A stretch of DNA of 57,131 nucleotides from Neophaeotheca triangularis (lineage: Eukaryota), in NCBI GenBank assembly GCA_054600435.1, contig BAAIJX010000016.1, positions 372,001-429,131 of the forward strand, given 5' to 3'. This document shows, one piece after another, positions 34,913 through 47,385 of the stretch (the stretch's first letter is position 1; every line of letters starts with the position of its first letter). Under the pieces are notes generated by a model. It did no database searches. It was given only the letters and a program-made list of their open reading frames with translations, and was not told the origin of the DNA. A program made the position numbers and the translations under genes.

Positions 34913-36437
34913 GGTCTGACGGATCCAACTCCATGGCAGCGGAGGGTCTAATGTCGCAACTACAACGTCGCACTGATACGGAAACTTGCTTCTCGCTTTT
35001 CGGAACGCCATGGATCGGCAGGGGGAGGTACGACGTGATGCTGCTACATTCAGTGTCACGCTGATGACGAAGCTCATGACGAGGGGAGTTTTTTTCCGAG
35101 CAAGGCGCTGTGACTGTCGACGTTTGTAGCCACAATACAAGCTTGCTCCATACGGGTCAAGCTTCCAGATCTACTTTCCGCGCTCCCCTTTGTTTCTTTT
35201 CTCTTCCTTTGCGAGATTCAGTGTACAGTCTCTAAGCTGAGCGTCCAAGTGCAACGTATTTAAAGTTGCTTCACCTTCGCAATCCTCTTTCCGTAGCACC
35301 TTCGCCTAAAGTAACATTTCTAACGAAAGCAACGTGTATGACTCTACCCTTCACCTCAAAGCCTCCACACCCTCGACAGCCGACTCAAAGAATAAGACAT
35401 CTCCGTGCACAGCTGTCCAAAAGATTTAGGCAATCGTCTGATGAAAGCCTACCAATAAAACAAAGCTCGTATATGTAGTACGACAACACGACGCAACCCA
35501 GTCAGCACAACAAGCACCCACTTACCGACTGCAAGGCTTCGCTCGCTGGCCACGCAAAACACCAAGCCTATCACTGGAGCCTCATTAGCCTAGACCCTAT
35601 CATCTACATGTATATGTATGTATGTATGTATGCATGTATGTATGTATTCCGCAAAGCCCCATAAAGTCCATCATCGCTGAACACGGGCGTCAGCTCGATC
35701 GATTTCGAGCAAAGGTAGGTAGGTAGGTAAGGACATGGAACCTTCATCCTTACATCGAAAGGACGGGACGCCAAAAGCGGTTTCCGTCGGTTGATGAAAG
35801 GGATACCTCACCTAGGTGGGGATCGATCGGCGGGTGCTTCCCTTCGGTTGTCGGTGATGATTACTGTATTTACCTCGTTCGTTGGAGATGAGATGATCAA
35901 GGTTAGCGGCAAAGTTGGGGTAGGGTATCCGGTGTTCCTGCATATGTAGGTACATGTAGGTGTGTACGCTTTTGCCGGGTTTTGGGGTACGTATAGGTAC
36001 CTATGTGGATGATGAAACAGGGTTCGGAGTTTGGTGGGGGGGGGGGATCCGCCGGGGAAGAAGTGGAGGGTGGGGTAGATATATATATTTATATGTGTGT
36101 ACGTGTGTATGTATGTATGACGGGTTGGAGGTTTGAGTGCTTTGTGGTTTCGCGTTCGGTTGCCTTTCAGTAATTGGTACTCTTTTTGTATTGCTTGAGA
36201 GTGAAGACGGAGCTGCTTCATCGTACACCACGGCGACTACGATCTAGCGGCGAAAACAACAGCCCGCCGGGTCGGACGGACGGACGGCTGCTGAGCTCCA
36301 TAGCTCGAAAACACCGCCCTATCGATATAAGCAGCGCTTTGCCGCAACGCAACCAGACATCAATCTCGACCCAACTCCAACTCCAACTCCAACCCCAACA
36401 CCATCAACGCAACACTCCCGCCCCAACCACCACAACA

Positions 36438-36968
36438 ATGCCCACTCCCAACGAGAACACCCCCCTCTACACCACCCTCCAAACCACCGCCAAAGCCTTC
36501 ATCCACGCCCTCCGCCCCTCAACCCCAAACACCAACCACCAACCCTCCCCCCACCCCCTCGAACCCCTCTGCACACCAACCTTCACCCTAACCTTCGGCC
36601 CCACAACCAACGCCCCCAACCCCACCCCCCTCACCCTCCCCCAATGGCTCACCCACATCTCCACCATGGTGCCCCAGCTGCAGACCGGGCGCGTGGACGC
36701 GGGAGAAATGGCCGTGGACGACAAAGCGCGGCGGGTGGTGGTGAGGGCTTGGTTCGAGATGGTCGTGGCCGGCGGCGGGGCGCTGGCGGGTGTCGGTGTG
36801 GCGCAGAGGACCGTCGGGCATGAGGTGGCTTTTTGGTTGGGCTTTGAGCATGGGGGCGCGAGGGTCGAGAGTGCCAGGGAGGTGTTGGATGCGGGGGCTG
36901 TGGGGAGGATTGGAGATTTGGTGAAGGCTAGAGCGGCTGGGGAGGGGGAGAGGGAGGGCAAGTTGTGA
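36438..36968 (+). CDS. SnoaL/NTF2-like domain protein, 176 aa
   Basis: ATG 36438. Pattern TTAKAFI...AVDDKARRVVVRA...EVAFWLGF...RVESAREVLDA is typical of fungal SnoaL-like proteins. Ends -GKL. Confidence 0.7.
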   Translation: MPTPNENTPLYTTLQTTAKAFIHALRPSTPNTNHQPSPHPLEPLCTPTFTLTFGPTTNAPNPTPLTLPQWLTHISTMVPQLQTGRVDAGEMAVDDKARRVVVRAWFEMVVAGGGALAGVGVAQRTVGHEVAFWLGFEHGGARVESAREVLDAGAVGRIGDLVKARAAGEGEREGKL

Positions 36969-37431
36969 GAGCTGGGTTGGGAGTGGGGGGGTGGGTCGAA
37001 GCGAGGCGTTGGGGGTGGTGGGGGTGTTTATGGACGATCGTGGGTGGGGCTTGGCGTTTGAGGATGCATGATGAAGACGCGGGTAAATGATTGCTTCGAC
37101 GCTGGCGTGCTTTGGGGCTTTTCGAGACGCGGTGATGCTGATTGCTTTCCGTGAGCCCTGGAGTGGCATTACTTGTGGAGAGTTCGTTGGCGTGTGGAGT
37201 TCGCGACGTGGGGTATAATAGTCGATGGCGGGGTGCAGCCGAGGCTAGATACAGTGCCTACTTAGTAATTGAACCTCTTATCAAGAATGACATTTTAGAA
37301 CATGAGGATAACAACATAATTACTATCAAACAAACAAAAGTATAGCAGACGCAAAATAGAAAATCCAACAGATATCTGGCGCAAGTGCAAACACCACGAA
37401 CGAACCTACCCGAGCAACGCAGATATCAGCC

Positions 37432-38370
37432 ATGACAACCATGACCCCCACCCCAGCATCCCTAACCAATCTCAAAGGCAAAAACATCCTCATAACCGGC
37501 GGCTCCTCCGGCATAGGCCTAGCAACGGCGCTTCTCGTCTCCTCCCTCTCCCCAACCAACCACACCTACATCCTCGACCGCAACCCCCCACCCGGCGACC
37601 TCGATCTGGGCGCTCTAAACCTCACCTACCACCACTGCGACATCACCTCCTGGGCCTCGCACCGCGCAGCCTTCGCAGCCGCCCGCGCGCACTTTAGCAC
37701 CAACCGCATCGACGCCGTCTTCGTCAATGCCGGAATCGCCGAAACAGGCGACCAGTTCTTCAATCGCGACTTGGATTCCTCCGGCCAGCTGGCGGAACCG
37801 GATCGGCGCACGCTGAGGTTGGACGTCGAAGCCGCGTGCGACAGCGTCAAGCTTGCCATCTGGCACATGCGCGACAACGAGGCGGTGCGGGGTTGTAGGG
37901 GGCGGATCGTGATGACGGCGTCGCTGGCGGGGTATTTGGCTAGTGCCGGGGCGCCGCATTATAGTGCTGCGAAGCATGCGGTTGTGGGTTTGATGCGGGC
38001 GTTGAAGAGGGAGGTTGCCGCGCTGCAGGTTGCCATTTCGGTCGTGGCGCCGGGGATTACGGATACGCCTATTTTGACGCAGGAGCGGGGGCCGGGGAAG
38101 ACGGGCGCGCAGTATGCGGCTGATATGGCTGCGAGGGGTATTGCGGTTAACAAGGCTGAGAGTGTGGCTTTGGCGGTTTGCTTTTTGATGGATATAGGGA
38201 TGGAGGGCAATGGGATGGGGTTGTTGGTGCAAGGTGGCAGGATCGCGGATCTGGAGGTTGGGATTGCGAGGGGGAGGGAGGGGTGGATGGGGAAGGAGAT
38301 GTTGGAGTTGTTTAGAGGGGGTAGGGATAAGGATGTTTTTGAGTTGAGAGCGAAGGATGCCAAGCTTTGA
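37432..38370 (+). CDS. Short-chain dehydrogenase/reductase with C-terminal PTS1 (AKL)
   Basis: ITGGSSGIG, NAGI, TAS, YSAAK catalytic motif, VAPGIT. Terminal AKL. Confidence 0.93.
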   Translation: MTTMTPTPASLTNLKGKNILITGGSSGIGLATALLVSSLSPTNHTYILDRNPPPGDLDLGALNLTYHHCDITSWASHRAAFAAARAHFSTNRIDAVFVNAGIAETGDQFFNRDLDSSGQLAEPDRRTLRLDVEAACDSVKLAIWHMRDNEAVRGCRGRIVMTASLAGYLASAGAPHYSAAKHAVVGLMRALKREVAALQVAISVVAPGITDTPILTQERGPGKTGAQYAADMAARGIAVNKAESVALAVCFLMDIGMEGNGMGLLVQGGRIADLEVGIARGREGWMGKEMLELFRGGRDKDVFELRAKDAKL

Positions 38371-40232
38371 CCGGGTCGTCTTGACTAAGAAGAGTGTGAG
38401 AGTATGTGGTGAGATTTTTTGGTGAGGACCGGTCGTTTTGCACTTGCTCAGCTCTAGCGTAAAGCGATTGAGTACTTGACGGAGGTGAATATGTGTTCCT
38501 TACCGCAGCATGCAGCGTGAAAGGCTTGCCTTGGAGTGACTACGTGTCGAGGGAATTGGAAATGCGAATTGAAACGAGAACTTCTAGCCTGGTTCGCAGT
38601 GAGAGGAGCCGCACTGAAAGGGTCGATCTTCCTGTGCACTCTCGATGTTTTCTTCCGCGAAAAGGAGTCGAGCTAAACTTGTCTGCGGCGAGTTTTGACT
38701 CGTCACAGCATTTTAGGGCGTGCAAAAGCACTAGTCAGCGTCGCAAACCGATCAATTACCGGCGTGGTCAGTAGTGAACAACCATATCGAAGCTGGTGTT
38801 GCCAGAGACCAAAACGCCAGTTCACAGACCGTTTTTCGACACTGTCCCTGGCAAGCTGGATACTTCCAGGCCCCACAAAGAGCGGTTTCATTGGGTGGAA
38901 GACCGACACAGCTGCCGAGAGTAGGGCGACCGAGGGAACATGCAGGCGATCAGACCCTCTCTCAGCCCTGTCATACGATGCCAGCAGTTTTCACAGCGCG
39001 GAGCGACCGAGCAAGCGAAAAACGAGAAAACATCCAGCAACTAGCGTAGGCCTCAGAGAGCCAATGGGAAGTCAGGATTGGAGTATCAGATTTTATGGCT
39101 CGCCGGGATCATTGATGAGAATCCAATAAAGTCGTCTTGTTCCGACGTCTTGTTTCGACTGGCCTTCTCCATCACTTTCTGGTGGCGAGTGCGGTCTTGA
39201 ATTCGCAAGTAGCTTCTCAGCACCAAGATAGATGAGGCTCAAAGGAACTCAGCACTCCGAGCTTGTTAGGACGAAGGCAGAACGGGTGAAACCCGAGAGA
39301 ATCTAGAGATGGCTCTTTTGAAGGCATTGAACACCAAGGCGTATCTGCATTCCTCGATTCTGCGCCTCGTGCTGTCTATCCAGACGAGTTTGTGCCGTTG
39401 GACGCCGTCGAGGAGAGTCTCGGCGCCTTTGACAAGGCGTGAGCTGTCTTCTAGGAGCCGGAGACAGAAGGTCTGCCACTGCGGGGAGCACTCCCCTGTC
39501 GTGTCGTCCAGCTGACCAAGGTTGTGGTGTCGCCTGGTAGCGAAGATACATATCATTCAGTTGCCAGGATCGTGACTTACGACTGGTCTCGACCTTTTCG
39601 CGTACCTTCATGATGTTGCTTTTGAAATGTCGCGCATTGATTGCAGCGAGAGAGACTGCCGCTTGGCCTGCAAGAGGGTTGTATTGGCTGTGACATGGTC
39701 TGTGGTTTGCCACGATCTCGAAGCCTAGGTAATAATGCTCGAGCATGGTCCAATCTTACTGCAGACTGAGGTGTATAGGTACCTGACGATATGTAGCTTG
39801 TTGCTTTGACTCTTCTAGGACATTGCGCAAGGGCGATGATGTGGGTATTATGGGCGGAACATGAGGTGTACAGAAGTGGCGAGGTCTCCAAGTATACATG
39901 TAATAGCTAGGTAGTAGGTACTATGTGGTACTTGGTATGTGGTATGTCGTACTTGTATGTGTACCTAAAGAGGACACCAGAAGCCTTCCAAGATCAGCCC
40001 GCATGAAGCAACGGTCATGTGACTTTATAAGCGCGCCAACCAGAGTTTTCCACATTGGACTCCACTTTGTGCCCAACGGCCAGGTTTATGTAGGCCTGTC
40101 AGGTCATGTCAGGGATGTTCCAGGTAAGGTTGTACCCTCCCTTACCACTTGCCACCATACATCCCTCCCATACCTCTTATTATTATGGGCGACTCAACGC
40201 TACCTTACCTTAGTACTGGCTACTTGGTACAA

Positions 40233-40282
40233 CAGACTACTCGGTACAGACTACTCGGTATAGACCACTCGGTACAGACTAC
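40233..40282. repeat. 14-bp tandem repeat (GGTACAGACTACTC), about 3.5 copies
   Basis: Visible imperfect tandem copies. Confidence 0.85.
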
Positions 40283-42748
40283 TACTACTACGCCACCCAT
40301 GCCACCGTTCCCCATGTCGACGAGATGACGGGAGCATCTCCTTAGCAGGCTCCCCTGCAGAACTGCAGACAGAGAGCCGACGGCGACGGCGGGGAATTCA
40401 AAAAGGTTACAGATACGATTTCTAGCCCCCACCCGGCTCTGAATACACACTCTGAAACATGGAGTTGTGTGTTTGCTGATCCACTACCTACTTACCGGGC
40501 CCTCTGAAGACAGTGACAGTCAATAACAATAATCATGGTCGCACTCCTACACAGTGATACTACTAAGTAGTAACACAACAGACGGGACTGACTGCACGCT
40601 GCATCTTGGAACGATGATGAATCTGGCCCATTTATTTTATTTCATCTTATTTTATTCTACTTGAATTTATTCTATTTGTTTTTCACTCGGCTCAGGCTTC
40701 CTCTAGAGCCAAACTTGTTCCTGCAGCGGACAGGACGGGACAAGCAGCTGGGTCTACTTTGGCACAGCCATGGTCCATGGAAGCGGCAAAGGTGGAGTTG
40801 ATGGATTTTGCCTTCGTTAGATTGACACGAGACCGACCCGCCGACCAAAACTTACAGGCTGTATGTACAGCATGTCCCTTGCAGCACTACTACCACTACC
40901 ACCTCCAGGTACTTCTGTCGCACAGCAGATGTTATTACGTGCAGTCTGCGGACCGTTCGCATGTGACCGTTTCGAAATTACGACGGACGTGGACGGACAG
41001 CCGCCGCAATAATCCCTGATGACAGCGTTGCACTTACTTGGGTAGAAACGCTCCTCGTACGCAACACGCGCCCATGGCCTTGCCTCGCCGCTAAGGATGG
41101 TGCCATGGTGCCGTCTGCTTGCCGCGGCTTCTGAGATAGCTAGGGTCGTGGCTTCGCGCACTGTTGAAACCCGGATTTCTCTCCGGTCTTGACAATGGTA
41201 CACTACGGTCACAGTGATCGCCCGAACTGCCACTTTGCGATCCTGATTCGCCTGTTCGAAATGATGAAGAGAAATTAGTCGCCTCCTCTTCTTGCGCTTC
41301 TCCTCGACAACGTTGCCCGAGGCAAGCGTTGGGCAGCTCATGCAACTCTTGGTGCGGAAAAGCTGAAAAAAGTGTTGGCTGGTGGCGGCCCAAGGTCGAG
41401 CCTGAAGCAGGCCGAGAACCTGTTGTTGTTGTTGTTGGTGATGCTCTCGCCGTTGCATTCACTGCAGAGGCGGACGATTACGAGACTCCGAGCACTGCTA
41501 CCCAATAAGCTAAACATATCATACCATCGTCACTGTCAGCCATGCTGCCATTATAAGGCGGAAATACTGTTGAAACTCGACCAAGAAACAACACTACCAT
41601 CCTCGCTCTACCTGACGCGTGTTTCACGCCTCACTTTTACACTCTTGTGCCTCGAGAACCAAGATTGCTACACGCCAGGCATGCCCTTACCGAGTACTGC
41701 ATTGACAACGCATTGTTGAGACGCAGCAGCACCGTGTCGTCTGTAAAGACAGACTCCGTCTCAAGCTCTGAGGACTGATTCACTGAACACCTTACTTTTA
41801 TGCCACTGCCGTATCATCTGCTAACCCTGCCGTCTGCAAAACGCGGAACCCTGGTCGTCACACCCGCGCACCATCTACTATTTCATCGCATCGTTGGCCC
41901 CTCCAACCTACCGGTGGGCCGCCGCCGCCGATTTGTTGCCCTAGGTACAAACTCCAACACGCTACCACAACCTCTCTTTCAGCCTCGACCCCGCGCTGCT
42001 CGAAGCTTTCCAAATCATACCCACTAACCTGGAAACCTACTACGATATCTCACATACGGTCCAACAACCACAAACCACGATCTCGACCGAACCCTCCACC
42101 TCCACCTCCTCCTCTCCTTTGGCCTGGGGCACTTGCTCGCCCGCCCGTCTGCCTCACCTTTACCATCTCAGGCGAGGCTCCGTCTCATTTCGCTTCTTCC
42201 AACGGCATCTACCACGCCCATCGGCGGAGACGGACTCCAAGTCACTCCCTCAGAAGGCGCTCGAATCAGCGTTTGTTGTTACTTTGCTTCTGGGAGGCCA
42301 TCTGACGATTTGTCTCAAAAATCCGACACCAGCGACGGCCAAATCACGAGGCGATTATTCTTTTCGCACCACGGCATTTCGCATCTGCACAATCTGGCCC
42401 GTCGCCCTATCCCACCGATTCGATCTCGTCTGTGCATCGCTGTCACAGCATCGTGTTTCACAATTTCATTAGAGTTCCAAGAAAGTTCCCACGTTGTACG
42501 AAGACCCGACAAGGTGTTCACGTTGATAAGCCTTTGCTGTCACGACTCTTGCTCCTTGGATGACTTCATCTGACTAGACGACAGAACGAAGCGCCAGGAC
42601 AGAGCACCAAATAGTTCAAACTCCATCACTCAACGACCCCACCGGCACCGTGGCGCAAGTATATGCAACACCACCAGAATCGCCATTGGCGCACCAGAGT
42701 AGAGGTCAGCTGAGGTTCAAGAATCAGTGGCCGCCATTGGATGCTGTA

Positions 42749-44251
42749 ATGGAACACAATGATCCCTCACGACGACAGTATGCGCATCCTAACTACGCAG
42801 CGCAACAACAGCAGCAGCAGCAGCAGCAACAACAACAACAACAGCCGCAACAGCCGCAAACCGCGGCGCAATCAAATGCCATATATAGGAATTCAGGGTC
42901 TGTCGAGCGCTTCAGACAGAGCGCGTACCTTCAGCCTTCACCAACCCTTTCCAGCTCGACGGCAAGAGGGGGAGCGGGCGGAGCAGAGCAGATGTATGAG
43001 TATGCACAGAGCGGACCTTACGCTGCGGGTCCGGGAATGCAAGCCAATGCCATGCCCTATGCGCCAGAAGTACAGATGCAGGAGCAAACGAGACAGCCAC
43101 AGCCACAGGCGCAACCGCAGTCGCAACAACCCTATACGCAATACGGGGCTACGCCGATCGTGTACAACATGCCTCAAGCGCAGCCTCAGCAACCAACACA
43201 GTTACCTTACGAGCCGTATAGACAAAGACAGAGCGCAACAGCCGAGACAGTTTCGGCCCAATTTGGTGTTCCACAGAACCCTCAATATTACCTTGCATCA
43301 CAGGGCGGTCCGACGAGTGCACCAGCCGCCGACCAGTTTGCCGGACATCAAATACAACCGCAGTACCAGCAACAACCAGTCTATCCTCAGCAGCAATCTG
43401 CCCCTCCTCCAGCGCATCCTCAATATCCTCCCGCGATCATGCCACCGACCGTTCAAAGCACGTACGCAGCTCCACCGCAACCAGCTCAGCAGTTTGCCGC
43501 CCAACCCCCTCCTCAGCCGCCGCCGCCGGCGCAGCAGCAGCAGCAGCAGCAACAGCAGCAAAACGTCGATCATGGTTTCGCAAACTACCAAGCGCAAATC
43601 CGCAGCATCTTCACGCACTCCCGAGAAGGTTCCCTCCGCGACATTGGCTCACTCCTCTTAGAAAGCTCCCAATACCTTCTAGGCAACGCTGAAGCGCTAG
43701 GTGAAGCTCCCTTCCCATCATTGCGCCCTCCCCCCGACCCGCGCATACTAACCCCCTACCACGCAGGTCTCGCCCGCGACGATGAAGCCCTCCACGACCA
43801 CCGCCTCCGCCTCTGGGACGAATTCAACCGCGCCTGGCTAGTGACACTGCAACGGCAATACGACATGACGACGGAAATGATGGCCTCGGGCCAGCAACCG
43901 CGCGAACCGCAATCCATAATGAACGTCCCCTCTCTCGAGCACTTGTCTCGCGAGCTCGTGAGATTATGCGATAATGTCGAGAAGCATGGGTTGGTGGACT
44001 ATCAAATGGGCGTCGCGGAGGAGAGCATCATGGATCGTGAGTTCACACGCCCCTTGCCCCAAAGCCAGAGTGTCGGGAAACGTTTGCACCAAGCTGACTG
44101 TTCTCCGTACAATCCAGTAATCCTCCGCTGCCTCAGCGCCCTCGACCCGGAGCGCTCGTCCTCCGACTCCAACGACAACGACGACGAAACGCAGCCGCAA
44201 GCCGAGTCCTCGACCGCGGCAGCCGCGAGATACGCTCGCAGAGCTAGATGA
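42749..44251 (+). CDS. Gln/Pro-rich conserved fungal hypothetical protein with helical C-domain; introns 43701-43766 and 44037-44117
   Basis: First ATG 42749, polyQ tracts, ordered C-domain LLGNAEALGL...LWDEFNRAWL...LVRLCDNVEKHGLVDYQMGVAEE. Introns GTGAAG..ACTAAC..CAG and GTGAGT..GCTGAC..CAG. Confidence 0.85.
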   Translation: MEHNDPSRRQYAHPNYAAQQQQQQQQQQQQQQPQQPQTAAQSNAIYRNSGSVERFRQSAYLQPSPTLSSSTARGGAGGAEQMYEYAQSGPYAAGPGMQANAMPYAPEVQMQEQTRQPQPQAQPQSQQPYTQYGATPIVYNMPQAQPQQPTQLPYEPYRQRQSATAETVSAQFGVPQNPQYYLASQGGPTSAPAADQFAGHQIQPQYQQQPVYPQQQSAPPPAHPQYPPAIMPPTVQSTYAAPPQPAQQFAAQPPPQPPPPAQQQQQQQQQQNVDHGFANYQAQIRSIFTHSREGSLRDIGSLLLESSQYLLGNAEALGEAPFPSLRPPPDPRILTPYHAGLARDDEALHDHRLRLWDEFNRAWLVTLQRQYDMTTEMMASGQQPREPQSIMNVPSLEHLSRELVRLCDNVEKHGLVDYQMGVAEESIMDREFTRPLPQSQSVGKRLHQADCSPYNPVILRCLSALDPERSSSDSNDNDDETQPQAESSTAAAARYARRAR

Positions 44252-46800
44252 GGCAGGCCGTTTTTTGTCAATATCGCGTGTGCGCTTCGTTTTCCCAATG
44301 CGAGCCGCTTTATTCACTCGGCGTGCGCGCCGCCGAGCTTCTCCGAACATCCCGGGCGCGGAAGAATCGCACTTCCGGCATCTTTGCGACATTCTTCCAT
44401 CCGCCTTGTTCTTGGTCGAGACGTCGGGATGGAGCTTTTTCTCTTTCTTCTTTGCGACTATGAACAGTCTCCTGTTGGCCGGATAGATATGGAGTCTTCT
44501 CTGAGCACGGCAGTATGGGGAGGATGAGGGAATAAAAGGGGAGTCGGAGGGGCGGGGCTTCTTAGTTCTTGGCGGGTGGGCGGGCGGCTTTATTACTTCT
44601 GCTACAAGATACCCAGTACAGCATTTAGGGACGGGGTGGGAGAGGAGGCATTTGCTCGGTTGGGTCAATTGGCTGGCGACAGGGGTTACAGCCTGGGTGA
44701 GGACGATTCCGAAGGCTTGGTTGGCCTTTCTTCTAACCCGCAGCAACAAAGGGCGATCGGCCGTCCATGCTGGCCACGGTTACCTAAAAGTTTTGCGCGG
44801 TTTGGATGGAGAGGGGGTTTCGGCGGTTTGTTTCTTGCCTTGGTGTTTGCTATTTTCTCTTTTTTCTTTCCGAATTCACGCTTTTCACGACGTCTTTGGT
44901 TTATCGTACTGATTTGATTACGTAGATATAGATTTCAGATTTCAAGAGGAAGGCAATATGGAACGATGATGAGTTTTGTATCATACGAACGGAATGGAAA
45001 TGCGGACGAGTGTGGGCGGCAACTTGAGAGCTGCAAGGAAGCGGTATAGGAGACGGCAATGTAAGCGTGCTGCTGGTAGTGGTTGCGGTTGGGGAGAGGA
45101 AGTCGACGGACGGTTTGGCTGTGCTGGGCGCAATAATGAATGCTGGACGTCCGCCTTAGGTCGAGAGGGCCTGTAGGGAAGGTCACCTGTCGGGTGAAAG
45201 GCTTTGCGGTAATGGCCACGCCTGGTTTTGGGATAGAAGAGACGAATCGATGTTGATAGGCCACTGTACGGCACACCACGTCTCCAGCCTAGACTCGCTG
45301 GGGACCGACTTGATCTACCTTCCTGAACCAATCTACGTGACTCCTCTCCACTGCTCTCCTAGACTCAGTCGCCGGTCAGAGCTCAATACTTTCAACACCA
45401 AAAACCCTCCACATCCGACCGAGCCCGTCGCACAAACCCCCCTCCCCGCGTATGAACCCCCGCCCACCCTCCCAACTAGTACCCACCTACCTTACAGCCC
45501 AGCAGTACCACCACATACTCGAGTACCACCTACATCACCCTCCCACCAAACCCACCCACCAGGTCAAGTCGAAGTGAGTCTCCAACCCACAAACCCCCTA
45601 ACCCATTCAATCCAACACCCCAAACACGCCCAAAACACAAAACATCCCCTTTCTGTTCCGTCCTAGCACACAACGCCAAACGCAACACTCATAACCCCCT
45701 AAAAACACTCAAGTTACGAATACCTCCAATCCCCTGCGTGGACATGATCCCCCTAACCCCCCTAGCGATAACCCGAAAAAAACACAGAATACTGACCCAG
45801 CTTCAATAACCCGCACCCACAGCCCACGCCACTGGCATTGGCACTAGCACTAGCACCTCCCGGCGTCACAACAGCTGTCGCCCGAACCCCAAAGCCCCCG
45901 CCAAGAGTCGTGTGTATAACGCAAAACGGTCGCTTCAAGGGTAGGTAGGTAGGTATAGTGTTGTGGAACCTTGCACTACAGCGGTAGCAGTGCTGTCTAG
46001 TCCTGTAATATACTCTTGCTTAGAGCCAAGGAGGTACAGCTAGTGCGATGACGCTCGCTGGCAACCTAAGTGGCTTTGTTGACATTTGCGGTTTTTTACG
46101 CGGCTGGGTTTGCGGTGTTGTTGTTGTTGTTGTTGTTGTTGGTCTAGAGGAGGCTGGTGGTAGGGTAGGGTGGCTTCCAGTGGCTATGAGTCCGTTATAG
46201 TTCCCGGCAGAGGATGTGTGGAAGTTGGGTCTTGAATTTGATTGCGGTTTTCAGGGACGCAGTAGGGTGAGATTTTGAGGGGAAGTGGAGGGGATAGGGG
46301 GGGTTTTTTCTTTTTCCTCTTGAAAAAGGAGGATTGATGCTGGTGATTCGGAAATCGTGGCTTCGTTATACATACTACATTGCGGCCTAGAGCACTGTTC
46401 ATCCCCTCGTCCTGAAACACTCAAAGACGGATCAAGGCCGGAATCGCTGGAAGGCTGTATGACCGTCCCAATAGATGACGCTCTTTTCGACGACCGTGGC
46501 GTTTGGGCGTTCGACTCGAGTTGAGCTGTGGGTGTGGGTGTGAGGGTGCGGGATGATGGTATGCTTGTTTGGTGTCTGCGAGTGGGAACAAGAGCAGACG
46601 AGGTCAACTCTCGCTTCTCACTCTTCCAGTAGCTCTCGCTGTTCCAGATGTGCCACGACCCTCACCCTCACTTCACACACACGCCAGCAATAAACGGAAG
46701 CAATGGTTGCCCCAAAACCCAGACAGCGCTCCCCAAGCGAGACCGATACGAAGAAGCCGAGTCTGACAGCCATCAACCAAAGCAATCGAGACAAGTCCCC

Positions 46801-47385
46801 TTAGGTATTCCCAACAAACCCTTTAATCTCCGGCGCCTGTTCAGCACCCAGATTCATCCCACCGCCAGCACCACCATCCCCACTCTTACCATGCGACGAC
46901 CCCTTACGGAAAGGATTCCGACTCCCCCACGCCTTTTCCTTATCCTCACCAACAACCTCCCCATACCCAGGGGGGTCCTGATCCGCAACCTTCTCATCGC
47001 GCCCTCCCTCGTCATTCCTCCCCTTCCCCGCCTTCCCCAAACCCTCCTTCTCCCCCTCCTTCTCTCTCCCTCTCCCAGCATCCCGATTCTCATACCCCTC
47101 CCAGACCCTCCTCTCCCTCCTCTCCCTCCTCCTCTTCTCCCTCAACTTCCTCTCCTCGGAATCCAAAACTTCCCCATCATCACTCTCACTCTCACTCCCA
47201 CTCCCACTCCCACCTTCCCTCCCAACCACCCTCCCGCTCGCCGTCCTCTCCAACCTCGTCCTCGTCTCCCTTTCCAAATTCCGATACCGTTTCTCGTCCA
47301 AAGTAATTTTATCCCGTTTAGCCTGTTTCTTATCCGAGACCTTTTGCGCAATAGCTACGCCGGCTGCTACAAGAAGCGCGGCCAT
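46801..47385 (-). CDS. Small charged hypothetical protein, 194 aa
   Basis: ATG 47385 in ATCATGG context. Hydrophobic N-terminus MAALLVAAGVAIAQK, then K/R/E-rich helix and a PPGY motif. Confidence 0.7.
   Translation of the reverse strand: MAALLVAAGVAIAQKVSDKKQAKRDKITLDEKRYRNLERETRTRLERTASGRVVGREGGSGSGSESESDDGEVLDSEERKLREKRRRERRERRVWEGYENRDAGRGREKEGEKEGLGKAGKGRNDEGGRDEKVADQDPPGYGEVVGEDKEKAWGSRNPFRKGSSHGKSGDGGAGGGMNLGAEQAPEIKGFVGNT

Noticed and set aside
41821..41828. CTAACCCT as a telomerase RNA template
   Set aside because: Only 8 nt, coincides with a branch-site motif, and no identifiable pseudoknot, CR4/5 or Sm site.
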